From Octopus vulgaris (taxonomy: Eukaryota), in assembly GCA_951406725.2 (NCBI GenBank), contig OX597816.1:172918001-172982000 (forward strand): a stretch of DNA of 64,000 nucleotides, given 5' to 3'. The notes below the pieces were generated by a model. The model did no database searches. It saw nothing but the letters and a program-made list of their open reading frames with translations, and was not told the origin of the DNA. The position numbers were made by a program, and so were the translations under genes. Below are positions 18,867 through 31,861 of this stretch, piece after piece (the first letter of the stretch is position 1; each line of letters begins with the position of its first letter).

Positions 18867-18867
<1 letters not shown>
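16515..18867 (-). mobile_element. R4/Dong-like family D2, 5'-truncated, young
   Basis: Lies between (TTA)n arrays. A near-identical second copy is at 48943-49974. Confidence 0.93.
16734..18866 (-). CDS. Uninterrupted RT + CCHC zinc knuckle + restriction-like endonuclease frame of D2 (N-terminus lost at the truncation)
   Basis: The 684-aa ORF stays open upstream to the (TTA)n junction (GLTFLLPK...NYRPITCL). Motifs QGDSLSP, YMDD, CRVC..HVVSKC, RHD, NRPDIIL...LIDMTVP...KLSKY. Confidence 0.9.
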   Translation of the reverse strand, partial: GLTFLLPKSEETDEPKNYRPITCLTTMYKTLTSVLTEYTYSFLTDSSIFPNEQKGCKRGSYGCKDQLLINKMILEDCHKRHKNLSIAWIDYKKAFDRLPHSWIRKCLEMYKIAPTLRNFLTVSMRSWRTTLTLNSDNESLNAGDVKISCGIFQGDSLSPLLFCLSLIPLSKLLNDAQYGYKMFDKNINHLIYMDDLKLFAKNDQQLKGLLAIVKQFSDVIRMQFGLDKSAKATFIKGKMTESSNVNLDQQNVIKELDPAESYKYLGVIEGNGIRHSEMKERIRRECYRRMRAILKTELNARNRIEAINALAIPVVTYSFNIVNWSITEICQLDRKIRKLLTMHRMHHPKADTERLYLPRKEGGRGLLQLAITMKIATIGLDTYLKNSEDWMLKLVSKHENKKASYSVTKQAKEYLSEFRIQPISELEIDIQETSTEKARRMKTRAKIAALDILNNKWQEKPLYGKYPKRANNADIDKALTHQWLIASGLKSETEGFIIAAQDQCLPTRNYQANILKNDSSPTCRVCRQQNETIDHVVSKCSLLAPTEYLNRHDRAAQYIHWVICKNLDLPHEKNWWEHNPPPVLENDHISLLWNFTIQTDRKIDANRPDIILKDFRQRTCLLIDMTVPIDINVSVKTYQKLSKYKNFEIEISKMWKLKTKTIPVVIGALGMIAKGTDCYLTQIPGNPKMAEIQKIVVMGTAHILRKILSM

Positions 18868-18913
<46 letters not shown>

Positions 18914-18916
<3 letters not shown>

Positions 18917-19425
18917 TAGTTTTATTTTTATAGCGTGCTTTCACTTCACTACCGAGCGCAGCTCTGTGTGCCTTGGGTATGTGCTGTGATTTGTTGTGAT
19001 GCTCTGATGGTTATTGTATGGAAAGTGTTCTGCGTAGGATGTGTGCAGTGCCTAGTAGTGCAATTTTCTGTATGTTATATGTGTTTGTAAGTCCTGGTGT
19101 TTTTGTTATGTATTTGTCTGAATATTTTTTTACCATGCCTAATGCACCTACTATGATAGGAATTGTTTCTGTTTTCAGATTCCACATTCTAGTTACCTCT
19201 ATTTCCAGGTCTTTGTATTTTGAGAGTTTCTCCATTTCTTTTAGAGACACGTTGTCATCAGCCGGTATTGCTACATCAATTAGAAAGCATTTTTTTCTTC
19301 ATGGTCTCTGACAACTATATCTGGTCTGTTGGCCTTAATTTCTCTATCTGTGTATATCGGCATATCCCAGAGTATGGTTGCTTTCTCGTTTTCTGTGACC
19401 TTTTCTGGTGTGTGCCTATACCATC

Positions 19426-19426
<1 letters not shown>
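18914..19426 (-). mobile_element. R4/Dong-like family D3, 3' fragment (RLE domain + 3'UTR)
   Basis: ILWDMPIYTDREIKANRPDIVV...KLSKYKDLEIE...ALLGTAHILRRTL; flanked by (TTA)n. Confidence 0.92.
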
Positions 19427-19516
<90 letters not shown>

Positions 19517-19702
19517 AAGAGAGAGAGAGAGAGGGGTGTGTATGTATGTATATACACGCATATATGTGTTCATTTACCATCTCAGTTAAGTTTCAAATAC
19601 ATTTACAGTGAATGTATGAATAGCAGATCCAACGATACAAAGTATTCTAAGTCAAGTATATAATCCGTATGTTTGTGTATCTTATATATGCGTCTGCTTG
19701 TT

Positions 19703-20226
19703 TATGTATGTATGTATGTATGTATGTATGCATGTATGTATGTATGTATGTATGTATGTATGTATGTATGTATGTATGTATGTATGTATGTATGTATGTA
19801 TGTGTGTATGTGTGTATGTATGTATGTATGTATGTATGTATGTATGTATGTATGTATGTATGTATGTATGTATGTATGTATGTGTGTATGTATGTATGTA
19901 TGTATGTATGTATGTATGTATGTATGTATGTTTGTAAATGTGTATACATATATTTATATCCGCACTTACATAAGTATATATGTACACTTACACTCTTGCA
20001 CATACACAATGCATGTGAGTGCATATCTGCATATGTAAATGTATGTATGTATCTATATATGCACGTGCGTACGTGTGCGTATGTACATGCATGCATGTAT
20101 GTATGTATGTATGTATGTATGTATGTATGTATGTATGTATGTATGTGTGTGTGTATGTATGTATGTATGTATGTATCTATGTATGTATGTGTGTGTGTAT
20201 GTATGTATGTATGTATGTATGTATGT
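19703..20226. repeat. (TATG)n microsatellite block
   Basis: Direct inspection. Confidence 0.95.
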
Positions 20227-20677
20227 ATTTGGACATCATGCTTGTGTACACGCTCACGATTATCAGCTCCTGGGAAATTAGCCGGAAATACAAACGACAA
20301 TTTTGTCCTGGAGTAGAATAAATCAGATCTGCAGCCTCTTCTGTAATCCCAACATAAATAAAAAGAGACCCCCTCCCCCACTTGCACAGCTATTGATACG
20401 AAAACATACGATTACCACCACCACCACCAATAACAACATCATTGCTACAACTACTACAACTTTCTCCTCTACCATTAGCACCAGTACCAGCACCACCACT
20501 TTCACCATCATCACCATCATTACTACCACCAATACCAGAATCACTATATACAACAGTACCGACGCCTACCACTGTGTCCAACACCACCTTCCCCATAAAG
20601 ATGAGTAGTACGGGTAGCACAAATCAGCGGTACCATCACTACTATCACCAACACTAATAATGGTTTCAAATTTTGGC

Positions 20678-20896
20678 CCGGCGAGCTGGCAGAAACGTTA
20701 GCACGCCGGGCGAAATGCTTAGCGGTATTTCGTCTGCGTTACGTTGAGAGTTCAAATTCCGCCGAGGTCGACTTTGCCTTTCATCCTTTCGAGGTCGATA
20801 AATTAATTACCAGTTACGCACTGGGGTCGATGTAATCGACTTAATACCTATGTCTGTCCCCTCTGTGTTTAGTCCCTTGTGGGTAATAAAGAAATA
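20678..20896 (+). mobile_element. Family B SINE with 16-bp TSD
   Basis: TSD ggtttcaaattttggc at 20662-20677 and 20897-20912. Confidence 0.9.
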
Positions 20897-21093
20897 GGTT
20901 TCAAATTTTGGCACAAGGAGAGTAATCTTGTGGGGTGGGTAAGTCGATTACATCCACCCCAGTGCTCAACTGGTACTCATTTTATGGACTCCGAAAGGAT
21001 GAAAGGCAAAGTCGACCTGGGCGGCGTTTGAAAGCAGAACGTAAAGGCAGACGAAATACCTCTAAGCATTTTGCCCGGCGTGCTAACAGTACC

Positions 21094-21322
21094 TATTTCT
21101 TTATTGCCCACAAGGGGCTAAACACAGAGGGGACAAACAAGGACAGACAAATGAATTAAGTCGATTACATCGACCCCAGTGCGTAACTGGTACTTAATTT
21201 ATCGACCCCGAAAGGATGAAAGGCAAAGTCGACCTCGGCGGAATTTGAACTCACAACGTAACGCAGACGAAATACCGCTAAGCATTTCGCCCGGCGTGCT
21301 AACGTTTCTGCCAGCTCGCCGC
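21094..21322 (-). mobile_element. Family B SINE with 15-bp TSD
   Basis: TSD cgtgctaacagtacc at 21079-21093 and 21323-21337. Confidence 0.9.
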
Positions 21323-21649
21323 CGTGCTAACAGTACCGCCAGTTGTCCATCCTTCATCAACACAAATAATAACCGCACCATCAACACGACCGTTTCCAGG
21401 ATCATTGACATCAGTCCCAAGAACAGCAATACCATTGTAACCACAACGACGAGCACCACCACCTCCACCAACACCATGATAATCACCGTCATTATCACCA
21501 CCACCAACCACACACCTACCTACCACTACCTTTACACTGTCATTATCCACAAAACTCTTAAACAGTGGAAGTTCCCATGGTTCCTAGCAGAGAAGAGAAC
21601 GATTGAAAGAAACCCCCTTTTAATTTCTTTTATTATTATTATTATTATT

Positions 21650-22354
<705 letters not shown>

Positions 22355-22356
22355 TA

Positions 22357-22805
22357 CAATAATAAATCTCTGGGCGAGATATAAACAGTAACTGCTCTAT
22401 AACATAAGAGGGATCAGCCATCTGAATGTGGCTAGGGTCAGGGCGGGGTGGTGGGGGTGTTACTGATGCATTTAGCCCCAGGCGAACATCGACGTCACCA
22501 GAAGAGCTGACACCATCTCGGTGTCCTTGCCAGCCAGCAAAGGAAGATCAGCCTTCCCGAAGATACGGATACTACACACGGACCGGTTTCGAGGTTATTG
22601 CCTCTTGTCAACGTATGGTAAGCACCGCTCAGTATCCGTATCTTCGGGGAGGCTGATCTCCCTTTGCTGGCTGGCAAGGACACCGAGATGGTGTCAGCTC
22701 TTCTGGTGATGTCGATGTTCGCCTGGGGCTAAATGCATCAGTAACACCCCCACCACCCCGCCCTGACCCTAGCCACATTCAGATAGCTGATCCCTCTTAT
22801 GTTAT
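22357..22805 (-). mobile_element. Foldback insertion (175-bp inverted arms, 57-nt loop, 42-nt tail); probably a non-autonomous Penelope-like element
   Basis: Arms 22399-22573 and 22631-22805 differ at 4 positions. The target ttattattcagta is duplicated (ending 22356; 22802-22814). Hammerhead motif in the loop. Confidence 0.8.
22575..22617 (-). ncRNA. Minimal type I hammerhead ribozyme, U3:A8 core variant
   Basis: Minus strand: catacg-TTGACAA-gagg(caataa)cctc-GAAA-ccgg-TC-cgtgtg. Stems I and II pair, and stem III is the palindromic CCGG type typical of PLE hammerheads. Confidence 0.7.
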
Positions 22806-22809
22806 TATT

Positions 22810-23129
22810 CAGTAGTTTTATTTTTATAGCGTGCTTTCACTTCACTACCGAGCGCAGCTCTGTGTGCCTTGGGTATGTGCTGTGATTTGTTGTGATGCTC
22901 TGATGGTTATTGTATGGAAAGTGTTCTGCGTAGGATGTGTGCAGTGCCTAGTAGTGCAATTTTCTGTATGTTATATGTGTTTGTAAGTCCTGGTGTTTTT
23001 GTTATGGATTTGTCTGAATATTTTTTTATCATGCCTGATGCACCTACGATGATAGGAATTGTTTCTGTTTTTAGATTCCACATTCTAGTTACCTCTATTT
23101 CCAGGTCTTTGTATTTTGAAAGTTTCTGC

Positions 23130-23130
<1 letters not shown>
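22810..23130 (-). mobile_element. D3 3' fragment, copy 2
   Basis: Near-identical to 18914-19230; 5' junction in (TTA)n. Confidence 0.92.
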
Positions 23131-23193
<63 letters not shown>

Positions 23194-23347
23194 GTTATTG
23201 TTATTATTATTATTATTATTATTGCTCTATCTAGGTGAGTTGGGACGTTTAATTTTTCTTTTACTTCCGTTATTGCATAGCGTCCATATACATTTATTTA
23301 TTTATTGTCAATACACACATCACTCTCTCTCACTCACACACACACAC

Positions 23348-23448
<101 letters not shown>

Positions 23449-25200
23449 GTAAATATGTATGTAGTCAGAGATACCAGTATGTAAGTTTATATTTCTGCTT
23501 GTCAAAAGAAGTGTATGTACGTAGATGACTAGCGTTATATGTGGGCAAGAAACATGAGTCTCAAAGATTGGCTAAGAGTTTAATCCCGTAAGAAAAGATG
23601 CTTCACAAAAAATATCTTCAATGCCAACAAATATCAAAATATTGACTATTCAAAGAGTGGTTTTATTGCTGGCGTCTTCAGTCTCAACATAATATAATCT
23701 ATGTCTCAGAAAAATCGGGCAAGTTTAGTAATTCAGTTACCTACATCTCCGAAATCAATCAGTAAAGGCAAGCTGTTCTGTCTAAAGATGAGGTTTTGCC
23801 TCAAAAAGTTTTCTCAAAATTTTAGTATTTAAAATATATTATTCTTTTAACAAAGTTATTGTAAACTTCATCGAACTTAATTACACTGCCTAAGGTAAAT
23901 AAATTATGACAAACATAAAAAAAAACATGTGATATATAGAAAATCAATGAGTTGACAAGCTACAGAAATAATTAATTTTATTATAAACATTTTGTAACTA
24001 AGCTTTCTAGATTGTTGAAAATAAACTTGAAATTCTCTCGTTTTGAGTTTTCTCCCCTTATATCCTCTTCACGTGATTATATTTTCCTTCAGACGTTTAT
24101 AAAGTTTATTCCCTCCCCTCCACACACATAAAGATGTATTCTCTTACTTTGCATGTATATAGACTAAATATATTATTTATCTAAAATTTTGACTTGGGAA
24201 GCAATCTTTTTAACTTTTCTAAGAACTTGATTGGACAATACTTCACAGATGAGGTATATACTAAACAGAAACACACCCTGGTTTGTTATAGCATTTCTGA
24301 CCTTCCTTAATCACCATTGCAACCGCATATCTTTCAGATTTTCTTAAAAAATAGACAGATTTTTCACTGAAAGTAAAAACAGAATCACGAAGAGACTGCC
24401 ATTCTGAAATATATTTCTGAGATACTGCATCCTGCCAGTGAGAATAGAAATATTTCTTGTGTTTAACTTCAGAATGATAGCCTAGGAAGAAGCCAAGTAG
24501 TCTATAGCCTTGATGTTGGTATCTGGACCTTAACAAGTCGAAGGAACTCTAGCATCCACGATCTGATGACGTCATCCATAGTGCAATCTATTTTCAAACA
24601 CGTTGTCTAAGAGGAAATATTTCTCCCGGGACTATTTTCACAGAGAAAGGTCTTCCTACATTCGACTGCACACGAATGTACTAAATATCACTGCACATGA
24701 ATATGCTTTATTCAAGGCTGCTTCGTATGATTCTGCTTAATCAATTCTTGCTTCACCAACGCCATGAAATTTATTGTTTACTGTTCTGGTACATCAGAGC
24801 TATTGTTCTGATACAGCTGTGATCAAGAGATTCGGCATTTGTGGCTGATTGCACGTCACAAGTAGAAATGCATGCATCCCATGATTTGATGATGTCATTC
24901 ATAACTCAATGAGTTTTCATACACGTTGTCTAAGGGGAAATATTTCTCCCGAAAATATTTCGCAGCGAAAGTTCCTCCCATGTCCGAGTGTACACGATGT
25001 GTTAAATATCATCATACATGCATATATTATTCAACGCTGATTAGTACGACTTTGCTAGATGAATATAATATAATAAACAATATAATATTACATAATATAT
25101 ATATATATAAACTAATACACCTGCTTGTTGTTCCTACACTTACCTTCGTCTTTTGTCTTCTTTAAATTTGAACTGTATATGTATATATTTATATATATAT

Positions 25201-25231
<31 letters not shown>

Positions 25232-25255
25232 AATATATGTATGTATGTATGTATG

Positions 25256-25331
<76 letters not shown>

Positions 25332-25349
25332 CATACATACATTCAAAAT

Positions 25350-25556
25350 GTGACCGCGTCTGTACCGTTGGCGATTTTTTTCCTCTGTCTTTCCTTCTCT
25401 GGATCTTTCCTTCTCCTATGTTTCCGACGAAGACCTCCGCTCGAAACGTTAAACCCTCCTTCTTCCCTTCCTTCCTGGGCGTCCAATAATACTATATTTG
25501 TTCCACGTCCTCGCGTTGTTGTGTTTTCTCTTTGTGTTTTCATGTTTGGATTAACT
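25350..25556 (+). mobile_element. Probable Penelope pseudo-LTR fragment with a decayed hammerhead
   Basis: gttt-ccgacga-agacctccgctc-gaaa-cgtt-aaac at 25420-25454; embedded in (TA)n. Confidence 0.5.
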
Positions 25557-25923
25557 TTATATATACATATATATATACACGTGCACGCACACACACGCAC
25601 ACACAACCAACCACCCGCGCGCACACACTTACATGCTTATTCATAGATATACGTACATTCACAAAACCCGCACAGGCTACAAATATTATACAAATTATAT
25701 AGAGAATAACAGTTTGATGGATGTATGCGTAAGTTTGTGAGAGAAAATGTGTTGCTCGTGTTAATAAACCAAACGTTATTCATGATATCCTTCATATCTA
25801 ATCTCATGCTGTAAACACGAAATAAACGGCTATTACTGTAAATACTCGACATGGTAAATGCATATCGCTTGCGAAAACAGAAATATACAGAGGTATGTTT
25901 GAAGATATATATCTGAATAGATA

Positions 25924-27177
25924 TCAAGATAATTATGAATGAAATGTTCGATTTTGAGCTGATAGTTTATTTTACTTTATCTCAACAAAAAACAATACAG
26001 TTAATCAAAGTATGCTCCTAAATTATCAACACGATTTTGCCATTTTATTCTGGAGAGCAACAGGTGATGAAATCACGAAAGGCTGCTTTTGCATCTTCTT
26101 CAGATTTGAAGGTTTTTTCCTTTCAAAAAGTTGTCTAATGCCTGGAAAACGTGATTGTCAGTTGGTCCAATATGGTGAATATGGTGGATGACAGAGTACT
26201 TCCAAGTTCAGTTCCTGTAACTTGAGTAGGGTTCTTTGTGCAACATATGGTCAAGCATTATCTTGCAAGAGAATTGGTCTGTCTCTATTGACCAATCTCG
26301 GTTGTTTAATTGCAAGTTCACTCATCATTTCATCCAATTGGTTGATGTATACATTCGCTGTAATTGACTTACCAGGTCTCATGAAGTTGTAGTGGATAAC
26401 ACCAGTGCTGGACCACCAAACACATCATTAGCTTTTTTTGGTGCATATTCTTTTTTTGGATTGTGTTTTGGCATTTCATCTCTATCCAATCACCGTGCAG
26501 AATGCTTGCTATTGTTGAAAAGAATCCATTTTTCATCACACGTAACAATACGATGCAAAAACGGTTCGCTTTCATGTTATGACAGCAAAGAACAGCAAGT
26601 TTCAAGACGACGTGTCATCAGATGCTCATTCAGTTAGTATGGTACCCACTTATCCAGCTTCTTTACCTCGCCGATTTGTTTCAGATGGTCCAATACAGTT
26701 GAAATTGAAACATCAAACCTTGCTGCTAACTCACACGTAGTTTGTGAGGTATCCGCTTCCACTACAGTTTCCAGCTCATCATTATCCACGTTGGTCTCAG
26801 GTCTACCACGGGGCTGGTTTTCAAGAGTAAACTCACCAGACCGGAACTTTTCAAACCATCGATGTACAGTGTGCTCATTCACCACATCTTCCCCAAACAC
26901 CTCATTAATGTTTCGAGCTGTTTGGGATACATTGGTTCCACGACTGAACTCATATTCATAAACAACAGGAATTTTTTTATCTATCCATGGGTTCACAAAA
27001 ATTGATTTACAAAAGAACATTCACAATATAATCAGACACCAGGAGTTGCATTTCGAAAAGTGACAATGCAACTCTTCAATGTTGTAAAACAAAGAATTGT
27101 CAGGATAAAATATTTGAGTTAACAACTGTCTAAGTTGGTGCATAAGAAAATCAGACATTTCATTGTTAATGACCTGA
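25924..27177 (-). mobile_element. Decayed mariner (Tc1/mariner) DNA transposon, ~1.25 kb
   Basis: Transposase remnants YEFSRG..TARNINEVFG..TVHRWFEKFRSG..RGRP..LDKWVPY, frameshifted downstream. Imperfect TIRs tcaagataattatgaatgaaatgttcgatttt / tcaggtcattaacaatgaaatgtctgatttt; TA flanks at 25922-23 and 27178-79. Confidence 0.9.
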
Positions 27178-27205
27178 TACAGTGTTGCATATATTTCACG
27201 CATCA

Positions 27206-27241
<36 letters not shown>

Positions 27242-27637
27242 AACACACACATGCATACACGATACACACAAACACACACCTTCACACGCGCATGCACACA
27301 CTATGGGTGAGAATACGTCAAGAAGCATACATATAGATCGGATTAGGGTTAAAATCAAATGGAATTATTGAAGGCCCAACGCCCTAATCACGAAATACGT
27401 AAAGCAGCTGAACAAAAGTTGGCTATCAGAAACGCACAGGTCGAGTCAATCTTTAATAAAGATTAAAGATGGACAAACAGTTGTCTATGACGCCAAAACT
27501 GTTATAAATAAATTACATAAACATAAATATAGTTGCAATTTAGCTGAAATCAAAGACAGTCAATGGTAGACCTTTACGAATAACTATACAAATAAAATAT
27601 TGAACATTTTATAATAAATGCTTTGATACCAACTGCT

Positions 27638-27698
<61 letters not shown>

Positions 27699-28972
27699 CT
27701 ACTCCGCTCGTTTGTATGTGTATGTGTATTTATTACTGTGCTGAATTAAACCAAACCCGGGTTATCGTACAGGATTAGTTGTTTCGTTGTGCGTAAATAC
27801 GTATACTGTACGCATTATATTTGTTTGTATACGTAAGCGTGCATATATGTCTATGAGTATACGCGAGGGTACGAGGGCGTGTACGAGTGTTCCTGTGTGT
27901 GTATATGAATCAATATGTAGGTGTGCGCGTCTGTGTACCAGTAAGTGTTGGATCTAGTTTTTATCATTTGCAAAATATGCATTTTTTAAAAAGGAAGTAA
28001 AAATCTGAAAATCGGCTATAATAATGTAGCCTTCCAGTCTCATTGCCTTGAAGGTATGATGTTGTGGAGAAAAAAGTTACAAAGGTTTAAAAATCGAAAA
28101 AACTGTGTATTTATAGCCAATAGCGAGGCAGAAATTTTCTGCGTTTAGTGAAGCGGTGTCAAACTTTAAGATTGTACCCTGTGAAGCTTATAGTTTAGTG
28201 TCTGTTCATTGTAGGTTTCTAAATAAACAGAAATACCTAGTAAAATCAACATGTATCATCTTACTGTTTCTTTTGCCTTTTCATTGTACTTTTTAATTTT
28301 TAAAAATTTGCTATTTTAATATATTTGTCTGCATGTATTTACTTTATGTGTATTTCAGTAGTATGTATACCTGTCATGTATTTGTGTACATCATTAATAT
28401 ATAAGTGCATGTGTGTGTATGTGTGTGTGTGTCTCCAAACCTCCAAAGTTGAGTAACGTTTTCATGCTTGGATTTGTAAACTACGATAGGAATAACACTG
28501 GTCAACAAAGAATTTGTCCCAAAGAAAAGAATACCTGTATCTTATGTCAAATTAACTGTATCACCCACAGTTTCTCTGTTCCACGATATCCTTCTTACTT
28601 CCTATTACGTGGGCTAAATTTCAGTTAAACTGTTGAAATGTGAAGCTAACGGTTTAAGAAATACTCCTAATTTAAGTTTTTATGAATAGAATCATAAATC
28701 ATAGGGAAATCATAAATCCAGCTATCTGAGTCAATGAGTCCCAAAAATATATGAAATGAAAAATATGTAAAGATACTCACAAAGGAAAATTACAGAAAAA
28801 TGCTAACACGGAGAAGTACAGAAAAATATGTAATATACTAACAGAGAAATTTCAACAAAACACGCGTGTGAGAAGAATCTTGTGGTTTGAAGAATCAAGT
28901 GTGAAAAAGAAACATAGACAACAGGACAGACAACAGTGAACCACAACACAGTGTGCGGTTGTCATGGTAATA

Positions 28973-30072
28973 GGCGGCGAGCCGGCAGAAACGTTAGCAC
29001 GCCGGGCGAAATGCGTAGCCGTATTTCGTCTGACGTTACGTTCTGAGTTCAAATTCCGCCGAGGTCGACTTTGCCTTTCATCCTTTCGGGGTCGATTAAA
29101 TAAGGGATCTTTTCAATTCTGAAGCCAGTTTTTTCAAATTTTTCCTACTGAACCAAACAATTTGAAACTTCGTATACTGGTAGAATGTGTCAAAAGTAAA
29201 CTTAATTGTAAACCAGAATGAAAACGGAATTGTAACTTCTAAGTTTAACGTTGTTTAATAATTAGAATTTTAACCAATGATATTCCGTCATTCGGCTTTA
29301 TTTTATTTACTCCGTCTCGACCACCAATTTGGTGACGTATTAAACATCTTAAATGTAAACAAGCCGCATGTCTCCGTGAAATCTCCTTCTAATTATTTAA
29401 CGTACTCATGTTTCCAGGATCCTATAGTCAGCCACCTTCTAATAACAATATTTAAAACTAGTTAATAAGCCACATGTATTAAATTGAAAATGTTTGAAAA
29501 TGTTTCCATTCTGTTAGTACTTGCTTCTAACAAGATTTCGTTTCTAAGCTAATGCGTTTCATTTCACTTATTGTATTTATTTGTGCAAAAGGCAAGAAAT
29601 TTAATATTAAAAAAGCAAAGAACTGGCAGAAACGTTAGCACGCCGGGCGAAATGCGTATCCGTATTTCGTCTGCCGTTACGTTCTGTGTTTGTTTACAGT
29701 TTTTCCGAACGTTAGTACGTCACAAAAGCGCTTTCTACGTCACACTAATAGAATGCAGTCAAGTTTTACACATGAAAACAAACAATCTGATTGGTTAAAA
29801 TTCGCAGTTTTAATCTACGATTAAAGTCATAAAATAGATTTTTCTCAAATAAACTAGTTCCAACCTGTGTCTTGTTTTGCTAGACTCTATCAGCATACGA
29901 AGTTTCAGAATATTTAGTTAAGTAGAAAGATCTGTGGTCCTGGCTTCAGAATTGAAAAGATCCTAAATAAGTACCAGTTACGCACTGGGGTCGATATAAT
30001 CGACTTAATCCCTTTGTCTGTCCTTGTTTGTCCTCTCTGTGTTTAGCCCCTTGTGGGTAGTAAAGAAATAGG
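28973..30072 (+). mobile_element. Family B SINE split by a MITE (5' part 28973-29104, 3' part 29964-30072)
   Basis: The two parts join into a continuous family B sequence once the insert and one TSD are removed. Confidence 0.9.
29105..29963. mobile_element. 859-bp non-autonomous TIR transposon (Merlin-like)
   Basis: Perfect 23-bp TIR ggatcttttcaattctgaagcca, 8-bp TSD taaataag (29097-29104, 29964-29971), GG termini, imperfect subterminal inverted repeats. Confidence 0.85.
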
Positions 30073-30506
30073 TAACAAGCTGTTAATGCCACGCTGTCTG
30101 TTGATTGGCTAAAATGACCCCAATTTCCCAAATTTAATTCCAAATAACATCAGATTCTCTTAATTTAAGAGATAAAGTAATTGGTTGATTGTAATCAAAA
30201 TTCAGAGTTGCATCGATACACCAAAATTGAAAGCAATCTGAGCAAAATTAAAGGGGGTTCATTTTGTGAATGAGAAAGATCAGACCCTAAGTGCCTACTT
30301 CCGTGCGTATTTTGTACGAGTATGTTCGCGTGTCTCCGCGTGTGTCCGTATTTTGTACGGGTATGTTCGTGAGTGTCCGCCAGTATGTCTTCATACTGTT
30401 TGTTTGCGCGTGTTTATATATTTTTGATTTATATGAATGTGTGTTTGAGAGTCTGTGATCCGTGTGTATACTTGTGCAAGTTTATGTCTGGCTGCGTAGG
30501 TGTGTT

Positions 30507-30541
<35 letters not shown>

Positions 30542-31515
30542 GGGGGGTAGAAAGAGGGTGGGCGAGAAAGACAGAGGAAGAAATAAAGAAAGCAACAGAA
30601 GGGAGATGAACAAGCAGTGTCTGATGAATATGAGAAGACGAAGCAGAAGTTGAAGGGCAGAGACGGTCACACTTGGATTGGTCAGCAAGGTCATGGTTGG
30701 TCTGTTGCTAAATTGATACTGGATGGAGATGTAATCATGGGCTGTTCATTGTTCCGTGACTGGTCACAGCACATGTCACTGAGGACTTTGCGTGTGGAGG
30801 CGTGTGTATGTATGCATATGTGTGCATGTGTATGTGTATATTAGTTGTGTGAGTGTATGTCTGAGTGATGTGTGTGTATGTGTGTGTGTGTGTGTGCGTG
30901 TGGAAAGAGTATGCGAATGTGCATGGGAGGTTTATGAATGATGTATTGTGTTAGAGAATTGTACATGACAAATTACGTGAAAGTGTATATAAGAGGGATT
31001 ATTTATGTCACGTGGTGTATGAGTGTGAAGGGATTCATAGAGGAAACTTAGAATGGCACATAGTGTGTAGTATGCATATAAGGAACTGAGTGTGACATGT
31101 AGTTTATATATGTGTGTAGATGCGAATGTGTTTAGGGGAATTGAAAGTAGCATGCGATATGTGTGTGAGTGTATACAGGAAGATGTGTAGAAAAATGTCT
31201 GTGGGGAGAGGGTCCCCGAAGAAGAAAGAGTGTGTGTGTGTTATAAGCGTGCGTATCAGTATTTATATGCGGGCATGCATGTGTACATATGTGTTTATAT
31301 GTGTCGGTCTGTGAGTATGCGGGTGCAGGGGTATGCTACCCTATACGTGTATATAAATCCATACGTCTCTTAATGAGCTTCATCATAATAAAATTTATCT
31401 GCTGTGAATCGAGACTGGCGTAGTTCGGTGTATTGCAAATGTAACTTACGTAATGTAGTAGACTAGCCGTACACGCATACTCATGGACACAATGCCATAC
31501 AGAGAGATACACCTC

Positions 31516-31578
<63 letters not shown>

Positions 31579-31861
31579 TTTTTTCTAATAAATTTACAGT
31601 TAGATTAGTTTAATCAACACTTTTCAACTAAGTGTACAACATAGGTGAAACTCTAGCATAATTTCATTTAGCAGGTAGAACGGTCCCCAGAGTATTTTCC
31701 ATCAGTCACTACTCTTTCTTTCGTTCAATCACTGTGTGTGTGTGGGTGGGGGGGTGCGTGCGTAATTTCACCGGGTGAAATCTGAAGGTGGACGAGCTGT
31801 ATACTGTACTCTACTCTCCTATGTTCTTAACAGAATATACCATAACTATATATATGTATAT

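Noticed and set aside
24261-24536. 91-aa ORF as a transposase or host exon
   Set aside because: No motif recognised.
28170-28230. taccctgt seed resembling the miR-10 family
   Set aside because: Similarity stops after the seed and no precursor hairpin forms.
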